A stretch of 63,414 nt of DNA, filler included, from Octopus bimaculoides (GCF_001194135.2; 6 parts of 6 records of this genome joined end to end with filler, not necessarily neighbours in it), one strand, 5' to 3'. Positions 13,848 to 27,407 are shown, numbered from the whole stretch's first letter. Numbers and translations are program-made. Notes: generated by a model not told the origin, from the letters alone.

Positions 13848-14026
13848 TTTCGGGGGAGGGGTTAAATCGATTACGTCAACCCCAGTGCTCAGCTGGTATT
13901 TATTTCATTGATCCTGAATGGATAACAGGTAAAAATCGATCTCGTCGGAATTTGAACTCAGAGTGCAAAGACAAAGGTAATACCGGTAAGCACTTTGCCC
14001 AGCGCCGTAACACAGCTTACTGCCTT
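13848..14026 (-). mobile_element. SINE family A
   Basis: GGGGAGGGGTTAAATCGATTACG...GGAATTTGAACTCAGA...AGCACTTTGCCC matches the family. Confidence 0.75.
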
Positions 14027-17000
14027 TGTAATATATCTAAATAAAATAATAAAGAATTATACACAGGCATCAAACACAAATATATGTATATGTATATATG
14101 TGTGTGTGGGGGGGGGGTTACTGTGATCACTAGAAAAGCTAGTCACTGTCACTGAGACAGATTTTCTTGTTAGTTTGAAGTTTCTAATTTCCTGTGGTTC
14201 TTATGCAGGGAAGTATTACACACACACACACATACACACACACACGGCCGACTATAACGTCTACAAAGTCTACGTCTTACAATCACTGATGATCACCAAT
14301 AGTCGTTTCACTTTCTCAACATACCGAAGATTACGTGACAGATAATGGTTTTTAACTGCCGTGTAAAAGCATTTTATAGAGTTTAAATAATCACTGACTT
14401 AACGCAGAGTTTAGATATACTCTAATAGGACAATACTATTGTTATATATGGAGACATCTTATGCCACATCCAAATAAAGTTTACATGAGGGGAAAAACTC
14501 GCTTGAACTACTGTCCAGTTTCTGCCCGATGGATGTGCTGTGTCCTTATTCTGTTGTTTTTATTACTAGTGCAGTGTACTTCATACCTTGTTTCTGAATA
14601 GTCTTGTGCTACCTTCTCTAACTATATGCCAACATGACTAACATCAGCCACTCATATGCTGAAAATACCGATTTTCATACTTTTCTGACGCTAGTCTCAT
14701 CCGCATGCATTTTATATGTCTGACCAGAAATCAGCACCAGGTCTATGAAGGGAAAATTCATCCATCGGTTCTTCGCACTACACGGTTTTCAATGACTGTT
14801 CCTGTAGCCATAATCATGCAGCTATTCAACTGTGTAGCTTTAACCTGTTTCTGGACGCATCTAAGAACCTTGAGTAAAACAACTTTCTCTCCATCACACA
14901 ATTAAAAAATAACAATACTTTATGGAATTTGAAGTAGCAGTACCATATAAGAGTGATTTCAGATAACACCTAATATTTCAAGAGCCACTATTGAGTTTAA
15001 GGAAATTATACTACCAAGAGTTGGCCACGGATTGATGTGAGTATGAAATGTTCGCCAACATTTTATAAGTCACACGGTCTTCGTGTTGTCCCTACCAAAG
15101 AAATGTAATTGTGAGTAATCCAGTCTATCTACGTAAACATATGTAATGTAGGTAGTATATCTTATTTATGAAAACAGGATTATTATTGCTGCTAAACAAA
15201 TATTTCAGTGAATTCACTAATCAGTTTGATACCAGTGACTAGGGAAACCAGATAAAATTGATTCATGAAGAATGGTATTTCTACATGAGAAACTCTACCT
15301 GGTCATAATCAAATGAATTACGTTGAAATCTCTTACAAGAAAGTTTTTATTCTATCTAGTTAAATGTATTTGGTCGTTTCTGTTACTAAATTATCTTTTT
15401 CAATTAATTCAAAACCGAATATACATTATGAAGGCAATTTTCTCAGTTGGAAGGAAGCACGCAATTTCAAGAGGATGGGGAAGCTGATTGCATGTACACA
15501 ACCCTTAATCATTTATTGACTTCGAAAGGTTAAAGGGCGATGTCAACGTTGGTCGCGTGTGACGCACATGGCCGGAAGAAATGTCGCAAGTAATTTTGTA
15601 AGAATACTGCCAGCGCACCGACTTTGAAATATGAAAATATTGGTAACACATTTTAGCGAAAAGTCAACAAATCTAAGGCAGAAAAAGGGGATTTCTTTTA
15701 TACTATTGACACAAGTTAAGTACTTGACATGCCGTTATTTTATCGACCCCAAAAATTGAAAGGCAATGCTGACCGAGGTGAAAGTACAGATGGTACTCTG
15801 ACAACTCACCACCTTGCACTATGAAAGTTAAAAAGTACATATGCCATTTCATGAGCAGATGTAATTTCATAAATACAGGATCACAAATTCAGAATTTACC
15901 TCAGACAAATTAACATCGACTTACTAACGTTAATACTTACGTCGGGGTTTCTCCTGAATATTTTAGGAGTTAAAACAAATATCTTATGGATCTCAGAGTA
16001 TCTCCCTTTAATAAAAACAATACTACCATAACTTGTGAGGAAATGTGTGATAAAGACATATTAAAGTATCATATTATTCTGCTCTAGTAAATTTAGTATT
16101 TACCAAGTATTAATAATTAGAATAGCAGATATTGACTTCTATCTGGTACAATGGTCTTCAAAATGAAATAATCATACTGATTACTTCCATAGTATTGTTT
16201 GTGAAAATGCTATTGAAGAGTCTCAATCAGCTCCGGTCAATTTGATATAGTGTTAGCTATTCAATTGATATGAGCAACTTAAATGTATAGTAAATTAATG
16301 TTTAGTAACGATGATATAGAAATTGCCGAGGGTGATTTCAGTCACCTCATTAACATGTCTAACAATGTTATAAAACCTCACTGATTAACACATAGTTGTG
16401 ATTTTCTACTGATGTTTGTAGCATACAGCAAGCAGCCTTGGATGATGCACGACCTTTCGTTTAATCTCTTCTCTTTAAATATTTGAGAACATATCGTATT
16501 ACGACAATAACTTACCAAATTTATTTATTTATTTGCGTATTCGAGATCTGTTCTTGCAGTTTTCAAATATAAATTTAATAGGGTGATCCTCTTTAGTAAG
16601 AGACGAGTATATAACGTTTAGCTAATTTCCAATAATGAAAATATGAAGGATGGATTGCAGTTAAACATTATTATTAAATTACTGAACATTATAGCACAGT
16701 GAATAGAACAGTATTGATAAAAGCTATATTATATGCATGATTTGATATGTGCCAAAGAAATATATTGAAGTGGAGTTGATCATAACGTTCTAGGAATGAG
16801 TAGCTGTAACACGAAGAATAATGATGAAACAAAGCATAAACCGTTACTTAATAGTTAAAATATGTATATTCAGCCGGTTCGCATACTATGGAAATATTTA
16901 ATCGGTACAAATATTGGAAAGGAAATACATTTTAACGTTAGATATTCAAAATATTTATTTATAGAAAATAGGTGCTAGACACTAGAAGTAAAACTACAAG

Positions 17001-18130
17001 AATTCTCATAGTGATTAGTCAATTTTGTAAACTCTTTTAGATGCTCGAAGGTGAGGAAGATTTTGTTGTCGTTTGTTAATATCGACAACAATAAAAACTT
17101 TAAAAATAAATTCAACATAATTATCTGAAGATGTTATTTTAATTAAATCTAATTCACGTAACGGAAATTATATTTCTTCTAAGGAATTTTATAAAAATAA
17201 TACATAAATTCAATTTTACACAGTTAAAATCAATTTGAAAACAATATGAATTATTCAAAGAATAAACGCAAAATAGATTACACACCAAAGTAGCAAAGAG
17301 AATATGAAAGTATTTTATTTTTGGTCTATTCTTTCAGTGAAAATATTTCCTAAACTTATAAATTTAGATGAAAAGAATTACAGAATTCCGAAAATATTTC
17401 AAAATAATCATAAAATGGTATTTGTATGCATTATTTCATTTTCCCAAGAAAACTAAAATTAGATTTCTGGTATATTTACATGGTATTATTGAGGATATCA
17501 TTCAGAAGTGTAGTTTCAACACAGAAAAAACGTGTTAAATATTATAATAAAACATTATTGTAATCATTCTAATAAATTGAATTAAATATTGATTTATAAC
17601 AAATATTCCATATTTAAATAGTAGTATAATATTTGAATAAAGGCCCGAAGACATGGAACAAATTAAAGTAGGCTGGTTGTTTGAATTTAATGCAAATGAA
17701 TTCAAAACACTTTTGAGAGACTTGACAAGATGTATGTTCAACAAACTAACAGTAAAATTTACCGTTTCTACATGTGACCATCAGCAACAATATGTATTCT
17801 AGCGAGTGTTATTCTTGTCCTTCATCAAGTTAAATCTATGAAACGAAAATGCCAATTATCTTACACATCTTTCGAGCTTTATATACTGAATGTGAGTACA
17901 CCAACATTTCCATAAAATCATAATATAAATTTATATGTCGGTAAAATGGTAGTTTTAATTTTTGTATTGATGAAAACGTAAATGTTTTTTTTCTCTTGTT
18001 TTTGAAAGTGCCAAGAAAAATATTTACTTAAACTAATGCAGCTCATTATCATACGTTCTTCAAATGGCGCATTGTAACATCAAACACTTCAAAATGGGTT
18101 GTTATAAACTAAACAATTTCTTATAGTGTT

Positions 18131-18256
18131 GATGTGCGTGGTCTAGTGATTAGGGTGCTCCACTGGTGATCGTAAGATCGTGGTCTCGGTTCTCAGACCG
18201 ATAAAGTTCTCTGTTCTTCATTTCACGTTGCTCCAGCCCACTGAGCTATAAATGAA
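18131..18256 (+). mobile_element. tRNA-derived SINE, family B (internally deleted)
   Basis: GTGGTCTAGTGATTAGGGTG head and TTCATTTCACGTTGCTCCAGCCCAC domain; reverse complement of the copy at 29610-29846. Confidence 0.7.
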
Positions 18257-18642
18257 CAAACCTATAACGGACTGCGTTTCGTTTCAGGTGAATATTGGCC
18301 TGTCCATTTAGCCCAGTGGTTCCCAACATTTTCACACTGCTTCCCAACAGTGGTTCTCTATATATATATATATATANNNNNNNNNNNNNNNNNNNNNNNN
18401 NNNNNNNNNNNNNNNNNNNNNNNNNNNNNNNNNNNNNNNNNNNNNNNNNNNNNNNNNNNNNNNNNNNNNNNNNNNNNNNNNNNNNNNNNNNNNNNNNNNN
18501 NNNNNNNNNNNNNNNNNNNNNNNNNNNNNNNNNNNNNNNNNNNNNNNNNNNNNNNNNNNNNNNNNNNNNNNNNNNNNNNNNNNNNNNNNNNNNNNNNNNN
18601 NNNNNNNNNNNNNNNNNNNNNNNNNNNNNNNNNNNNNNNNNN

Positions 18643-18721
<79 letters not shown>

Positions 18722-19374
18722 CGGATTTAATTAAGATAAAAATAAGAATTATCCAAGCTGGAACATGTATTGATATAGTAGAGATATATAAACATATTAA
18801 TAATGGAATATAGATAGAGACGTCTTTTTAAAAATTAAAATAAGGTACAGTGAAAAGAATAGGCATTAAATAGAGTTAGAGGTTACATGTTAGAAGAAAA
18901 TAAAGTATTCCAACGATAGTCTCTGAAGTTCATTTGTCTAAATAACAAATAAATCTTAAGATTCATTTTCAGAGAATGTCTCCTTCATCAAGGAAAAATG
19001 ATGTTGACGCTAGATATGCATTCAGTTCTTTACCAAATTATGAGATAATGCAATGCTTTTATCGAAGAGCGAATATAGCTATGCAAATAATGGAAGTCTT
19101 TATGAGTGCAGATGGCAGTAAAATTAGATTGCTTACTGTCTTTCCTAAAATTTATATTTGTATTGGCGGTATATTGTTATAAGCGGTAGAATGTTCAGTT
19201 GTGCAACAGAAATTACGAGGGCTATTGCTAAGTGAATTCGGATTGAAATCCTCTCATGAAAGTTGAGTGGTATCTATGGTTTCACGAATGAATAGCGTCA
19301 GAAAACATTTAAAACAGTGTAATTATACATACGAAGGATAATTTATGAATCTTTTATGCACATTCTACATCTGT

Positions 19375-19614
19375 CCGTAATCCCAGATCATCACAGATCC
19401 TCCTCCAAGTTTAACAGTTGGAAGAAGGCAGTCTGGGACAAATACTTCTTTTGGCTGTCTCCATACGTTTACTCGACTTGTGGCTGCAAATGAGGTAAAG
19501 GATGACTCATCCGAGAAAATAACATTCTTCCACTGCTCTAGGGATCAGTTCTGTAGGTTTTTACTCTACTCTAAACATTTTGCAACGTTTGATTTTGAAA
19601 GAAGTGGTTTTCTG
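19375..19614 (-). mobile_element. Tc1 transposase fragment (first catalytic D region)
   Basis: Minus strand reads RKPLLSKSNVAKCLE*...EQWKNVIFSDESSF...VNVWRQPKE...LLPTVKLGGGSVMIW, matching Tc1 W..V.FSDES and TVKHGGGSVMVWG. Cut by a gap. Confidence 0.9.
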
Positions 19615-19714
19615 NNNNNNNNNNNNNNNNNNNNNNNNNNNNNNNNNNNNNNNNNNNNTTAATTAATTAANNNNNNNNNNNNNNNNNNNNNNNNNNNNNN
19701 NNNNNNNNNNNNNN

Positions 19715-19832
19715 ATGGGGATGGCTTTCGTTTTCACAAGTCCCTCTTTTGTTTGGAGCTGTAGCACTGTCTGCCATTTGTTCATTGAGTGCTCTAGGTA
19801 TTTTATGATAATTGGTGCCACCTTGTTTATGG
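19715..19832 (-). mobile_element. REL-type (R4/Dong-like) retrotransposon RT fragment
   Basis: Minus strand reads INKVAPIIIKYLEHSMNKWQTVLQLQTKEGLVKTKAIP, like the segment preceding the RRGIFQGD motif in R4-type RTs. Abuts (ATT)n on one side and a gap on the other. Confidence 0.55.
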
Positions 19833-19833
19833 C

Positions 19834-19913
<80 letters not shown>

Positions 19914-19925
19914 TCATTATTATTA
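19833..19925. repeat. (ATT)n microsatellite
   Basis: Direct run; source of the poly-Ile ORFs. Confidence 0.95.
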
Positions 19926-20505
19926 TCTAGTACATATTATATTTTAGTTTCATTCATTGATATATAATATTAGTGAAATGTCAAAAACTGGTCTACATAT
20001 ACCCTGTGTCTATTTTTTTTTTTGCAATGTCCAAAATAAGCGAAGATTCCTTACCATGTTTATGCTATCTATTAGATTATAAATGTAATTCAAACTAGAC
20101 ATTAAAATAAAAAATTCTCCCACGTGTTATGTAAAACGTCATTAATAAATTTCGAGTGTTATGTTTCGTTTTATAAAACGTTTTATATTGCAAGAGAAAA
20201 AATGTTTCCCGCTGGAAAATTCTACCCAAATCATACCACATAAAGAACTTTTCCATTTTTGAATGGTCTGTTTAATCTAATTCCAGACGTAATATTAAAA
20301 ACAAAAACTTTTAAGTTGTTGGATTTTCTTTAGTTAGTATAACTCAGAAAGATAATTTTGTCAGTATTGTATTCAAATGAAATTTCTCAAGTGATGCAAA
20401 ACCGAAATGTTTAATATAAAAATAGATATTTCTGATATTTTCGCAAGGTTAATGGTAGCAGATACGTTTGTTCCGTGTGAAGAAGGCAAATATTCATTTC
20501 TTTAT

Positions 20506-20732
20506 TTCTTTATTGCCCACAGGGGACTAAACATAGAGGGGGAAAGCAAGGACAGACAAAGGGATTAAGTCGATTATATTGACCCCAGTGTGTAACTGGT
20601 ACTTATTTTATCGACTCCGAAACGATGAAAGGTAAAGTTGACCTCAGCAGAATTTGAACTCAGAACGTAACGGCAGCCGAAATACCGTTAAGCATTTCGC
20701 CCGACATGCTCATGATTCTGCCAGCTCGTCGC
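20506..20732 (-). mobile_element. SINE family A (variant tail)
   Basis: Family A head and body, with a different 3' tail (TTTATTGCCCACAGGGGACTAAACATAGAGGGG...). Confidence 0.85.
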
Positions 20733-20949
20733 AAATTTTGCTAGCAAAGCGTATGTCCACAACTTTCATTTTCTTAAAAGTGAAAATGTTATAAGAGCTT
20801 TTCAAAATTATTTTTAATTTCGGCTTCTGGAAGTTTCACCGGCAGGACTGAAATATTACGCACACTACAAACTCATTCAATAATTTATATGTTTTGCCAT
20901 ACTGCCTTTTTGCTATATTAAGTTTACCAATTGAAAAATGTTTTTACAG

Positions 20950-21069
20950 ATATTGATGAATGCCAGCTGACATTTAATAATTCGTGCCCACAGGACTGCA
21001 TAAATTATGCGGGTGGTTATGAGTGTAAATGTCGAAGTGGTTATAAAAAGAAAGGAAATATTTGTGAAG
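20950..21069 (+). CDS. EGF-SEA gene exon: calcium-binding EGF domain 1
   Basis: TTTTACAG acceptor, GTAAG donor, 120 nt, phase 1-1. Reads (D)IDECQLTFNNSCPQDCINYAGGYECKCRSGYKKKGNICE, a cbEGF consensus. Confidence 0.92.
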
Positions 21070-21757
21070 GTAAGACAGACTACTATATAGAGCCCCAACT
21101 TGTCTTCTAAACAATAATTGCGATAAAAATTATTTATGTCTTGTAGAATTTTCGCTGCTAGCTGCGAGATTTCAGTTTTCTAGTAATTAACAATGTTGTC
21201 TGAATATTTAGACATATTACAGACAAACAAAAACGTCTGCAAATCTGGCATACACATGTGGTAATCAGATGAGATGTTTGGGGTCTACTTTCCCCTATTT
21301 TACAAAGTAATCTCTTTCAACATTATAATTATGTTAGATTTGCTCATAGAAAATATGACACAGTGTTTCCACAAATACTTTTAGTATGTTATATCCGATG
21401 TGGAACATAGACTTTACAATAAAGATGAGACAAACACTTAAAATACAAATAATTATTAGAAAATACATTCGAATGAAAACTCCCAGAAAATGTATGTAAC
21501 CTGTGGGCGAGTAATGCTAATGTGTTACACTTTGTGGACGGATACGATAAATGGAAAAACCGTATATGCCAGCTTATCCTAGCTACTGAATGTGATGAAG
21601 AAGATTATTATCTCCATGATGAAATTCTGAATGGAGGAATGTTTTTATACGAAAGACATTAAATTTAATAGTAAGTCCGTGTTTGAAAATATATTTAACA
21701 ACTACTGACTATAGACATCTAATATTATCTATATAACATGTTAAAATATTTATTCAG

Positions 21758-21889
21758 ATGTAGACGAATGTGCAAACAAGGTTGATGGCTGCGAACATAC
21801 ATGTGTAAACACGGACGGATCATTTCAATGCGAATGCTTCTCTGGTTACATGTTGGGAATAGACCGCAAGAATTGCATCAAAATGAAAG
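21758..21889 (+). CDS. EGF-SEA gene exon: calcium-binding EGF domain 2
   Basis: TTATTCAG / GTACT, 132 nt, phase 1-1. Reads (D)VDECANKVDGCEHTCVNTDGSFQCECFSGYMLGIDRKNCIKMK. Confidence 0.92.
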
Positions 21890-22161
21890 GTACTGGAATT
21901 CAGTTAAATACTCGAAATTAATTGAATATAAACAAAACTTTAGTTAATAATGTGAATTATTAACGAAGCTTTAACTACTAAGTGATGTATAGATTCTTAT
22001 TGTTATATATATTGTTATATAATTATACATTATGACCAATATATCTATATTTTTAATGTAGCCCTCCAGCATGGATATGGTCCTACGACTGAAACAACAA
22101 AAATAATAAAAGAGTAGCTATACCTCCATACATACATACATTCATACATACATACATACGT

Positions 22162-22196
<35 letters not shown>

Positions 22197-22261
22197 TACA
22201 CACATACATACATGCATACATACATACATACATACATACATACATGTACGTGTCGAAGATG

Positions 22262-22377
22262 TTACAGAGCAACGCGTGATGAAGTGTTTTACTGAAGAAT
22301 ACAACCCACCACTCAGTCCGGGAATTGAGACCTTGATCTAGTAAATCATGTGTATAAGACAATGACGACTAGGCCCT
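22262..22377 (-). mobile_element. SINE family B, degenerate partial copy
   Basis: GAGCAACGCGTGATGAAGTGTTTTACTGAAGAATACAAC...GGGAATTGAGACC resembles 29735-29800. Confidence 0.55.
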
Positions 22378-23409
22378 ATATATATATATATATATATATA
22401 TAAACAGAATATGAAGTTAATTGATGCAAGATTAATCTACTAGATCATGGTTAGATGATGTCATGTATGCACACTTACGATACTAATTGGCTCGTAAGTG
22501 ATATTACAATTAATTATTTTTGAGTGGAGTACTCCAAAATTAGGTGATATCAGGCATTAGTAAATTCATACTTAACAAATTTGTTTAATTAAGGTGTCCA
22601 ATGAGAAATTGACCGAAATGCTTGTTGTATATGAAGTAATGAACAATGACCTTTTCGTGCAACACAGTCACTGATTTAGGATATAATGTATTATGATGTT
22701 TCATACACAATAACAAAGACATTTAGGTAGAATCTCTATACTCTCTAACTGTAACTAAATACAAAAGATGACAAATATTGGAGGGATTTTCCATTCTATC
22801 ATTATATTCAAGATTTCCTTCCAACATAGTGAAATATAGAGGTGGCTGGACAAATGTATCATTTATAATAGTACTTTGTTTTCGTTCCTCGAATTACTGA
22901 GTAAGACTTTTCCTCAAGTTTGACAGCAGGGCTCATATATGGAACACCCGATTCATGCAAATATTGTTGAGCCTCTTAATGTATGTATGCATGTATGCAT
23001 ATATGTATGTATGTGTGTGTATGCGTGTGTGTATGTATGTATATCATTATTCAGTTTTATTTCAAGATTTGTTGCTAATAGATTAAGAGCTGGTTTCTAA
23101 CTTACATCCAAGGCACTTTCATTGGAACTTCAACATCAACAGGGTATTTTGCATGTATCTATATGTGCAGTATTTGAAATCTGTGCATAAGCAGATTTAT
23201 ATATTTTGTTTTATGTATATATTTTCAGGTATATAGCTGCATGTCTAGTTATACGTATATATATACTTAAGTGATACATTTCTGGAAAGTTTAACAGATT
23301 TTTACAGCTTCAGTGATGGATTGGATCTGTAGTCTTCGAATCAGCTTTCTCCTTCCTAGTTATGAGAAGCCTTATTTCTCAAGAATAGTACTTAGGCAGT
23401 GTGTTACAT

Positions 23410-23810
23410 AACTAAGTGCACTATAAATACTAGTAAAACCTGAAATTGTAATGTTGGTAGAGTAACTGTAGATTACGCAATAGGTCAGCGTAGGTATTTT
23501 CTTTTTCGCTGATTTTTAGGTTTATATTAACATCCGCTGGGAAGCCAATTTCCAGTCTCTTTTCTTTGTTGATACTGTTGCGTCTAGCCACATGCCACGT
23601 TGTTAGCAATAACTCTCTGCTTCGTAAAGTCATATTTCAGTCCAAAATCACTACGATCTTGAATAAAATGTCTCTTCAGTTAATTCATCTGAAGATTAAA
23701 CAGGTATTTAATATGGCTGATAGCTGTGGCTTCAAAGATGGAGATAGTATTCAACTTATTTTTGATAGTGTCCCACACCAAATTCGCGACTTGTCGCTTC
23801 GAGCGTGTGA
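23410..23810 (-). mobile_element. REL-type retrotransposon C-terminal (endonuclease) fragment
   Basis: Minus strand reads LEIGFPADVNINLKISEKENTYADLLRNLQLLYQHYNFRF. The same family as 59870-60110 (KEDIYGKLLRNLQLLYPDHEY). Confidence 0.65.
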
Positions 23811-24049
23811 AATGCATGCATGTATGTATGTATGTATGTATGTACGTATGTATGTATGTATGTATATATGTATGCATGTATTTATGTATGTATGAATGTA
23901 TGTACATATATATGTGTGTGTGATATTTTATATATNNNNNNNNNNNNNNNNNNNNNNNNNNNNNNNNNNNNNNNNNNNNNNNNNNNNNNNNNNNNNNNNN
24001 NNNNNNNNNNNNNNNNNNNNNNNNNNNNNNNNNNNNNNNNNNNNNNNNN

Positions 24050-24084
<35 letters not shown>

Positions 24085-24397
24085 ATTAACATAATAAGGT
24101 TAAAATTTGATATTAATTATTATCAATTTAATACCAAAAAACCAGCACATCAAAAGAATCAGAAGATTCATAAAAAAATTTTCTGAGATCTCAAAAGGAT
24201 TATAGTATAAGTATATATAAAAGAGACCACTAATTGGACTGCTAATGAGAATTTTTAAGTGATCTTCTTCTAGCACATTAGCAGTCTACTTAGTGGTCTC
24301 TTATATAATATATATATCCACATACATACTTATAAACACGCAATTCACATGTGAAGTATATTGCTTATTGATACATTTTAATACTTTGATTTCATAG

Positions 24398-24517
24398 CTG
24401 ACGCTAAATGCCAAAATTTGAACTGTTCCGACACTTGTGATATAAATAATGGAACAGCATCCTGTCGGTGCAAGAGGTTTTATGAATTTGATCCAGCAAC
24501 AAACGATACATGCAGAG
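24398..24517 (+). CDS. EGF-SEA gene exon: EGF domain 3
   Basis: TTTCATAG / GTAAGT, 120 nt, phase 1-1. Reads (A)DAKCQNLNCSDTCDINNGTASCRCKRFYEFDPATNDTCR. Confidence 0.9.
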
Positions 24518-24550
24518 GTAAGTCCTATGTATTTATATCGTTTGTGTTAG

Positions 24551-24610
<60 letters not shown>

Positions 24611-24647
24611 CACATACATACACACGCGCACACACACGCGCATACGC

Positions 24648-24685
<38 letters not shown>

Positions 24686-25913
24686 NNNNNNNNNNNNNNN
24701 NNNNNNNNNNNNNNNNNNNNNNNNNNNNNNNNNNNNNNNNNNNNNNNNNNNNNNNNNNNNNNNNNNNNNNNNNNNNNNNNNNNNNNNNNNNNNNNNNNNN
24801 NNNNNNNNNNNNNNNNNNNNNNNNNNNNNNNNNNNNNNNNNNNNNNNNNNNNNNNNNNNNNNNNNNNNNNNNNNNNNNNNNNNNNNNNNNNNNNNNNNNN
24901 NNNNNNNNNNNNNNNNNNNNNNNNNNNNNNNNNNNNNNNNNNNNNNNNNNNNNNNNNNNNNNNNNNNNNNNNNNNNNNNNNNNNNNNNNNNNNNNNNNNN
25001 NNNNNNNNNNNNNNNNNNNNNNNNNNNNNNNNNNNNNNNNNNNNNNNNNNNNNNNNNNNNNNNNNNNNNNNNNNNNNNNNNNNNNNNNNNNNNNNNNNNN
25101 NNNNNNNNNNNNNNNNNNNNNNNNNNNNNNNNNNNNNNNNNNNNNNNNNNNNNNNNNNNNNNNNNNNNNNNNNNNNNNNNNNNNNNNNNNNNNNNNNNNN
25201 NNNNNNNNNNNNNNNNNNNNNNNNNNNNNNNNNNNNNNNNNNNNNNNNNNNNNNNNNNNNNNNNNNNNNNNNNNNNNNNNNNNNNNNNNNNNNNNNNNNN
25301 NNNNNNNNNNNNNNNNNNNNNNNNNNNNNNNNNNNNNNNNNNNNNNNNNNNNNNNNNNNNNNNNNNNNNNNNNNNNNNNNNNNNNNNNNNNNNNNNNNNN
25401 NNNNNNNNNNNNNNNNNNNNNNNNNNNNNNNNNNNNNNNNNNNNNNNNNNNNNNNNNNNNNNNNNNNNNNNNNNNNNNNNNNNNNNNNNNNNNNNNNNNN
25501 NNNNNNNNNNNNNNNNNNNNNNNNNNNNNNNNNNTATATATATATATATATATATATATTTAGAGCCATTGCCAAGTTCGCACGACCTTTCTTCTCTCTT
25601 CCTTTCAGTTCGTCACATCACACCATTCAGTATACATATATATTTTTTCACGTCTGGCCGTAATCCCCTTCTGTTTATTTTCACTGTTTCGTTTTCCTGT
25701 CTTGTTTTCTGTTCCTCCGCGTTACAGATTCTGTTTCTCATTTTCTCTACGTTTTTTTGTAACGTCCTGTACCCAGATATGCATCTATATATACATGTAG
25801 ATGTAGGAATGTACATACATGTACGTATATATGCATATACTCACATATTATTCGTATTATTATATATATATATGTATGTATATGTATATATTTCTCTCCC
25901 TGTTTATTTTTGT

Positions 25914-25955
25914 GTCCCTTTCTGTCGAAGATCATATGTTCGAAACGTAAAGGAC
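25914..25955 (+). ncRNA. Minimal type I hammerhead-like motif in a PLE-type pseudo-LTR (family A, degenerate)
   Basis: gtcccttt-CTGTCGA-a-GATC atat GTTC-GAAA-CG-TA-aaggac. Downstream ACTTTC...TTCCCGAG...CACC/CGCGTC(C)TCGTC is shared with 63311-63380. Confidence 0.5.
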
Positions 25956-26024
25956 TTTCTCACTTCCCGAGTATGTTTAATATTTACACACGCGTCTTCG
26001 TCTTTTGTTTTTAGTAAATTTTCA

Positions 26025-26104
<80 letters not shown>

Positions 26105-26451
26105 CAAATCTCTGAAGTCCTTTCATTGCTTATTCTCCGTTCAATGGATAAAACCTTACAATTTTTTTTTCTGTGATTGGAATTCTCTCTAATGCAATAT
26201 TCAGTTATATCGATCCCAGTACATCTCAAAATGATAATTTATGAATTTGGAATATTCGATACTGGTGCATTTTGAACACGGTATGCAATACAAATGGCAC
26301 TGTATACGCTGGCACTCTTTTGATTCTGACAATTACCGTTTTCATCAATTCAGTATTAGTATGAGTTATCTAATAAAAAGGAGAGAGATATTTTCACTGT
26401 GTAAATATACCAGTTTTCAAATGTTATAACTGCATAGTGTGAGTCATGTGA

Positions 26452-26745
26452 GTCCTGTCGAAGAGAATAACATTCTAATGCGCTTTTGAATTTTGGTTCT
26501 CTGATTTCAATGACATATTTCAATCACTACCCCACATATATATTGATTGAAGGTTTATTTATACCAATTTGCTTTTGGAATTATTGTGCCAATCGACGGT
26601 CCTGTCGAAGAGAATAACATTCTAATGCGCTTTTGAATTTTGGTTCTTTGATTTCAATGACATATTTCAATCACTACCCCACATATATATTGATTGAAGG
26701 TTTATTTATACCAATTTGCTTTTGGAATTATTGTGCCAATCGACG
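26452..26745 (+). repeat. 147-bp tandem duplication (2 copies)
   Basis: 26452-26598 and 26599-26745 are near-identical (one visible substitution). Confidence 0.95.
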
Positions 26746-27163
26746 AACTTTGAAATATATAAATGTATTGTCTTAAAATTGCTGATGTTTACCTGCTCAA
26801 TTTCGGGTCATTTTTTGAAATTTATGCCATTTTACATATCTGTTATTCATTATTTATTTCTCTGCAATACACCTTTTTTGCACAAATTTACATATTTATT
26901 CTGATGTAAATACCAAAACATCACATCCTGAGGTTACTGTCTGTATTAATCATTCAACACATTAATCATTAACCATTGAGAAATATATTTTAAAGTCTCA
27001 TAATCTATCTAATTGATAATAACTCATATTTATAATATATATCAACACTAATCCTACATATGAAAAAGAAACTGCTACCTGACTAAAGGTTTCTAGCCTT
27101 TATTATTAATCAGATTTTTATATTTAATTATGAAATGCAATTCATAATATTTTTCTCTTTCAG

Positions 27164-27283
27164 CCATCGATAATTGCTCACCAAATCCTTGTACAAATGG
27201 CACCTGCCAGAACGTTACAGTTTCCTTTAAATGTGTATGTGAAATCGGATATAAGCTAGCAAATGATAAAATCACATGTAAAC
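27164..27283 (+). CDS. EGF-SEA gene exon: EGF domain 4
   Basis: TTTCTCTTTCAG / GTAAGT, 120 nt, phase 1-1. Reads (A)IDNCSPNPCTNGTCQNVTVSFKCVCEIGYKLANDKITCK. Confidence 0.92.
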
Positions 27284-27407
27284 GTAAGTAGATTTTATAA
27301 CTATTTCTGTTTAATAATTATTCACTTTGTTCCTCTTTTAATAAGTCTTTCTGAAATATAAAAGCTAATTTCAGTTACTGTATCTAATAATCTGTTTTTA
27401 TTTATAG

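Noticed and set aside
14289-14320. CTGATGA and CTGAAGA words elsewhere (e.g. about 13763, 14289, 39648) as hammerhead cores
   Set aside because: No helix II plus GAAA plus UH arrangement follows.
19387-19494. Apparent + strand exon (CCCAG ... GAG|GTAAAG)
   Set aside because: Fully explained as the antisense strand of a Tc1 transposase fragment.
19659-19670. TTAATTAATTAA islands inside N-runs (also 45070-45081, 53665-53676, 59027-59038, 62342-62353)
   Set aside because: The same 12-mer centred in 100-bp gaps (44 N each side), with stops in all six frames, is an assembler spacer rather than biology.
20440-20505. PCEEGKY peptide resembling the start of an EGF repeat
   Set aside because: No further cysteines, runs into a SINE, and has no donor site.
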